This document shows, one piece after another, positions 61,418-64,000 of a DNA stretch of 64,000 nucleotides; the first letter of the stretch is position 1; each line of letters opens with the position of its first letter. Under the pieces are notes generated by a model. It was not told the origin of the DNA. It did not search any database and worked only from the letters and a program-made list of their open reading frames with translations. The DNA comes from a bacterium (GTDB lineage Bacteria > Methylomirabilota > Methylomirabilia > Methylomirabilales > 2-02-FULL-66-22): assembly GCA_029580855.1 (NCBI GenBank), contig JAKPQH010000028.1, positions 30,940-94,939 of the forward strand, written 5' to 3'. Both the position numbers and the translations under genes were made by a program.

Positions 61418-61506
61418 AACCCCCACTCGTGAGTGGTCGTGAACCGTCGCGCGGAGAAGTCCGTGCTCGTCAGCGTCATCGTGAACCTCATCAACAAGCG
61501 GAACCA

Positions 61507-62700
61507 ATGAACAACCCTTGGCCTAGCGTGAAGCTTGGCGAGATACTCACGCCGGTGAGCCGTCCCGAGGTCGTCGATCCGTCGAGGGTCTATCGCATCC
61601 TTGGAGCTCATTGGTACGCAACTGGACTCTACACAAAGGATGTCAAACCAGGATCTGGGGTTCAAGCAAAGCGGCTCTATCGCGTCGAAGAAGGCGACTT
61701 TGTCTACAATCGCCTGTTCGCCTGGAAGGGCTCCTTCGCCCTGGTGACTGCCGACAATGCCGGCTGTTACGTGTCGAATGAATTTCCATGTTTCGTCATA
61801 CGGAGTGATAGTGTCGATGGTCGCTACCTATGGCGTTACTTCAGTCGGGCCTCGGCGTGGGAGGAGGCGCTTGGTTTGAGCACTGGGGGCACCCCGACAA
61901 GCCGTAACCGTCTCAAAGAGGAAAAGCTCCTCGAAATTAAAATCCCCCTGCCGCCGTTGGCGGAGCAGCGGCGGATCGTGGCGCGGATCGAGGAGTTGGC
62001 CGCCAAGATCGAAGAGGCACGCGCCCTGCGGCAACAGTCGGTCGAGAAGGGAGAGGCCCTTTCCCGTTCAGGAGTAGAGGGGTTCTATCAGGAGCTCCGA
62101 AACCGGTTTGGAGCGACCGCACTTCATGGGGTGTGCGATTCGATCACAGACGGTGACCACAACACCCCCAGCTTCACGGAACAAGGAGTCCGTTTCATCT
62201 TCGTCGGGAACGTGTCTTCTGGGCGCCTGCATTTCCACGGATGCAAACATGTGGCCGAGCCTTACTTTCGGACGCTCAAACCCCAACGGCTACCGCGGCG
62301 TGGAGACGTACTTTACAGTGCGGTCGGGGCGACCTTGGGGATTCCGGCGCTAGTTGACTGCGACGAAGCATTCTGTTTTCAGCGCCATGTGGCGATCCTT
62401 AAGCCAAGTCGAGCCAGAATCACCGGTGAGTTTCTGTGGCACATGCTTCGGTCCCGCACGGTCTTTGAGAAGGCATGGTCTTCGACAACAGGATCAGCCC
62501 AGCCAACTGTTCCATTGCATGCAATTCGAGAGTTGACCATTCCTCTTCCGCCCATAGCGGCGCAGCGCCGGATCGTCGCGGAGTTGGACACGTTGCAGGC
62601 CAAGATTGACGCGCTGAAGGGCTTCCAAGCCGAGACCGCCGCCGAACTCGACGCCCTGCTGCCCTCCATTCTCGACCGGGCCTTCGCGGGGGCGCTCTGA
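61507..62700 (+). CDS. hsdS: type I restriction-modification system, S (specificity) subunit
   Basis: The ATG at 61507 gives 397 aa. It has two target-recognition domains separated by conserved helices (LPPLAEQRRIVARIEELAAKIEEA and LPPIAAQRRIVAELDTLQAKIDAL). Confidence 0.9.
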   Translation: MNNPWPSVKLGEILTPVSRPEVVDPSRVYRILGAHWYATGLYTKDVKPGSGVQAKRLYRVEEGDFVYNRLFAWKGSFALVTADNAGCYVSNEFPCFVIRSDSVDGRYLWRYFSRASAWEEALGLSTGGTPTSRNRLKEEKLLEIKIPLPPLAEQRRIVARIEELAAKIEEARALRQQSVEKGEALSRSGVEGFYQELRNRFGATALHGVCDSITDGDHNTPSFTEQGVRFIFVGNVSSGRLHFHGCKHVAEPYFRTLKPQRLPRRGDVLYSAVGATLGIPALVDCDEAFCFQRHVAILKPSRARITGEFLWHMLRSRTVFEKAWSSTTGSAQPTVPLHAIRELTIPLPPIAAQRRIVAELDTLQAKIDALKGFQAETAAELDALLPSILDRAFAGAL

Positions 62701-62785
62701 AACCGAAAGAACGCGCGCCTCGTTCCTCATAAATACCCATATTCTTATATGGCGTGCTGATGACACACCGTGGTAAACTCCTGCC

Positions 62786-63055
62786 ATGCCTTCGACCCGG
62801 TTCGAGCGGGACGCGACCAAAGATAGAGAGAACCAGGCCGAGCATGGGGTGGCGTTCGCCGATCCGCGGCGCGCTATTGCACAGGACCTTTCGCACAGCA
62901 GCGTCGAACGACGGTACTCCTGCTTTGGTTGGGTAGATGGAGGCATGCTCTCGGTGCGGTTCACGTGTCGCAAGGGCACCATCAGGATATTCGGAGCCGG
63001 TTATTGGCGGAAAGGGAAGCGGATCTATGAGCAAGAGAATCAAACACACGAATGA
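62786..63055 (+). CDS. brnT: BrnT-family (DUF497) ribonuclease toxin
   Basis: The 89-aa ORF has FERDATKDRENQAEHGVAFAD... and the characteristic IRIFGAGYWRKGKRIYE near its C terminus. Confidence 0.8.
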   Translation: MPSTRFERDATKDRENQAEHGVAFADPRRAIAQDLSHSSVERRYSCFGWVDGGMLSVRFTCRKGTIRIFGAGYWRKGKRIYEQENQTHE

Positions 63056-63293
63056 ACCGATCGGTAAGGTGCGTGTCGTCCAGGATTTTCTGCCTCCGCC
63101 GGACCAATTGGTGTTTCGCGAAGAACCGGTCAAGGTCACCATTGCCTTGAGCCGACGGAGCGTCGAGTTCTTCAAGGCGGAAGCGGCGCGGCACCACACC
63201 CAGTACCAGAAAATGATTCGTGGATTGCTGGATCGGTACGCCGAACACTACTCACAAGCAGAAACGGCGCGCACCTCGCGCAGCGGTCGCTGA
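63027..63293 (+). CDS. brnA: BrnA-type antitoxin (CopG/RHH-like)
   Basis: The 88-aa ORF overlaps the brnT 3' end by 29 nt. It has the block KVTIALSRRSVEFFKAEAARHHTQYQKMIRGLLDRY. Confidence 0.7.
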   Translation: MSKRIKHTNEPIGKVRVVQDFLPPPDQLVFREEPVKVTIALSRRSVEFFKAEAARHHTQYQKMIRGLLDRYAEHYSQAETARTSRSGR

Positions 63294-63645
63294 CACCGTA
63301 TCGTGCTTGCGGAATTCTGGGCACACCATTCTCATCCTTGCGGAGCCATGGGTGGATGATGACCCGAGCCAGCCAGAAGCAGCCGAATACTGGAGTATTC
63401 CTGCTCCTGCCCGCTGGGGCACGACGGCGTGTTCTGCAAGCACTGCGTCGCGGTCGCGCTGGCGTGGCTGGACCCGGAATTCTAGACACCATAGGCATGG
63501 TACTCGCGGGTTCGCCTGTTTTCATGGCGAAATACCGCTTGGGGCGATTCCGTCCCTGCGGTAAACTTCCTGCACGAAAAAAAGCCCGGCCAGTCCGCTT
63601 TCGGATTTGCGGGCGGTGAAGACTGTCGCTGCGGGGGAGGCGGCT

Positions 63646-63879
63646 ATGTACGCTCGAATCGTCGTGGACCAGGAAATACTGGGCGGCAAGCCCATCGTGA
63701 AGGGAACGCGCATCAGCGTCGAGTTTCTGCTCGAACTCTTCGCTTCCGGCGCGACGCGGGAAGATGTTCTGATGGCCTACCCGCACTTGACGGCGGACGA
63801 CATTGAAGAGGCGCTCCGGTACGCGGCCGAGGCGTTGAAGTGTGACCACGTGATTCCATTGGCCGGGCAACGCGCGTGA
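63646..63879 (+). CDS. DUF433 domain protein (antitoxin-like)
   Basis: The ATG at 63646 follows GGGGGAGG. The 77-aa product reads IVVDQEILGGKPIVKGTRISVEFLLELFASGATREDVLMAYPHLTADDIEEALRYAAE. Confidence 0.8.
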   Translation: MYARIVVDQEILGGKPIVKGTRISVEFLLELFASGATREDVLMAYPHLTADDIEEALRYAAEALKCDHVIPLAGQRA

Positions 63880-64000
63880 GACTGTTAGACTGTCGGTGGC
63901 TCACGGACGAGAATATCCATCCGGAGGTCGTCGCGCTCCTGCGTTCCAGAGGGCTTGACGTTCTCGATGTCAAAGAACAGGGATGGCATGGGCGGCCTGA
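63876..64000 (+). CDS. DUF5615 (PIN/Mut7-C-like) protein, 5' part; continues beyond the window
   Basis: The GTG start overlaps the DUF433 stop (GTGA). The translation VRLLDCRWLTDENIHPEVVALLRSRGLDVLDVKEQGWHG fits the DUF5615 N-terminal pattern. Confidence 0.65.
   Translation, partial: MRLLDCRWLTDENIHPEVVALLRSRGLDVLDVKEQGWHGRP

Noticed and set aside
63363-63485. SWIM zinc-finger-like fragment (EYSCSCPLGHDGVFCKHCVAVALAWL).
   Set aside because: The CxCxnCxH pattern is striking. However, the frame is only 40 codons, is bounded upstream by tandem TGA TGA, and has no start codon. At best it is a gene remnant, not a reportable CDS.

Overview
This is a visibly GC-rich bacterial chromosomal segment, and all calls come from reading the sequence and the ORF track, with no searches run. 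From left to right:
- **1-7.3 kb:** the 3' part of an HEXXH metallopeptidase gene, then an F1Fo ATP synthase operon on the minus strand (atpI-like, atpF-H-A-G-D-C). No atpB or atpE is present.
- **7.5-8.5 kb:** an aldo/keto reductase gene.
- **8.8-19.4 kb:** a minus-strand cluster of mnmA, a low-complexity membrane protein, DUF58, a 1470-aa BatA-N protein with three VWA domains, a TolB-N-like/TPR protein and MoxR.
- **19.6-26 kb:** bactofilin, an M20 peptidase, pckA, a TPP enzyme and a DUF4013 protein.
- **26-30.8 kb:** the classical origin-proximal block parB-parA-rsmG-yidC-yidD-rnpA-rpmH, on the minus strand.
- **30.8-31.66 kb:** an 843-bp AT-rich non-coding gap carrying consensus DnaA boxes.
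- **31.66-44.9 kb (all plus strand):** dnaN-gyrB-gyrA-serS, four tRNA-Ser genes covering all four isoacceptors with a DUF2155-like gene embedded, then SRP RNA-dnaX-ybaB-recR-mglB-mglA and tRNA-Asn.
- **44.9-52.7 kb:** a mosaic island downstream of tRNA-Asn. It holds IS fragments, a lower-GC NagB-like plus nucleotidyltransferase-fold gene pair, a zinc-ribbon ORF, two decayed tyrosine recombinases with an ATGA overlap, and a 5'-truncated GH94-type gene.
- **53-56.3 kb:** MarC, NIPSNAP and FtsH genes.
- **56.8-64 kb:** a defence and toxin-antitoxin (TA) island. It has a type I restriction-modification system (hsdR, hsdM, hsdS) with a decayed DUF433/DUF5615 pair and palindromic repeats wedged between hsdM and hsdS, followed by brnT/brnA and an intact DUF433/DUF5615 pair cut by the window end.

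The most notable observations are:
- a candidate oriC in the rpmH-dnaN gap with no dnaA or recF gene;
- serS followed by the complete tRNA-Ser set;
- the atypically ordered MoxR/VWA cluster;
- an uncharacterised lower-GC two-gene cassette in the tRNA-Asn island;
- the interrupted restriction-modification operon;
- several short repeat or palindrome families, one copy of which sits inside the atp operon.

No CRISPR array or rRNA gene was seen. No single clearly novel system could be demonstrated, so the candidates are listed with checks.
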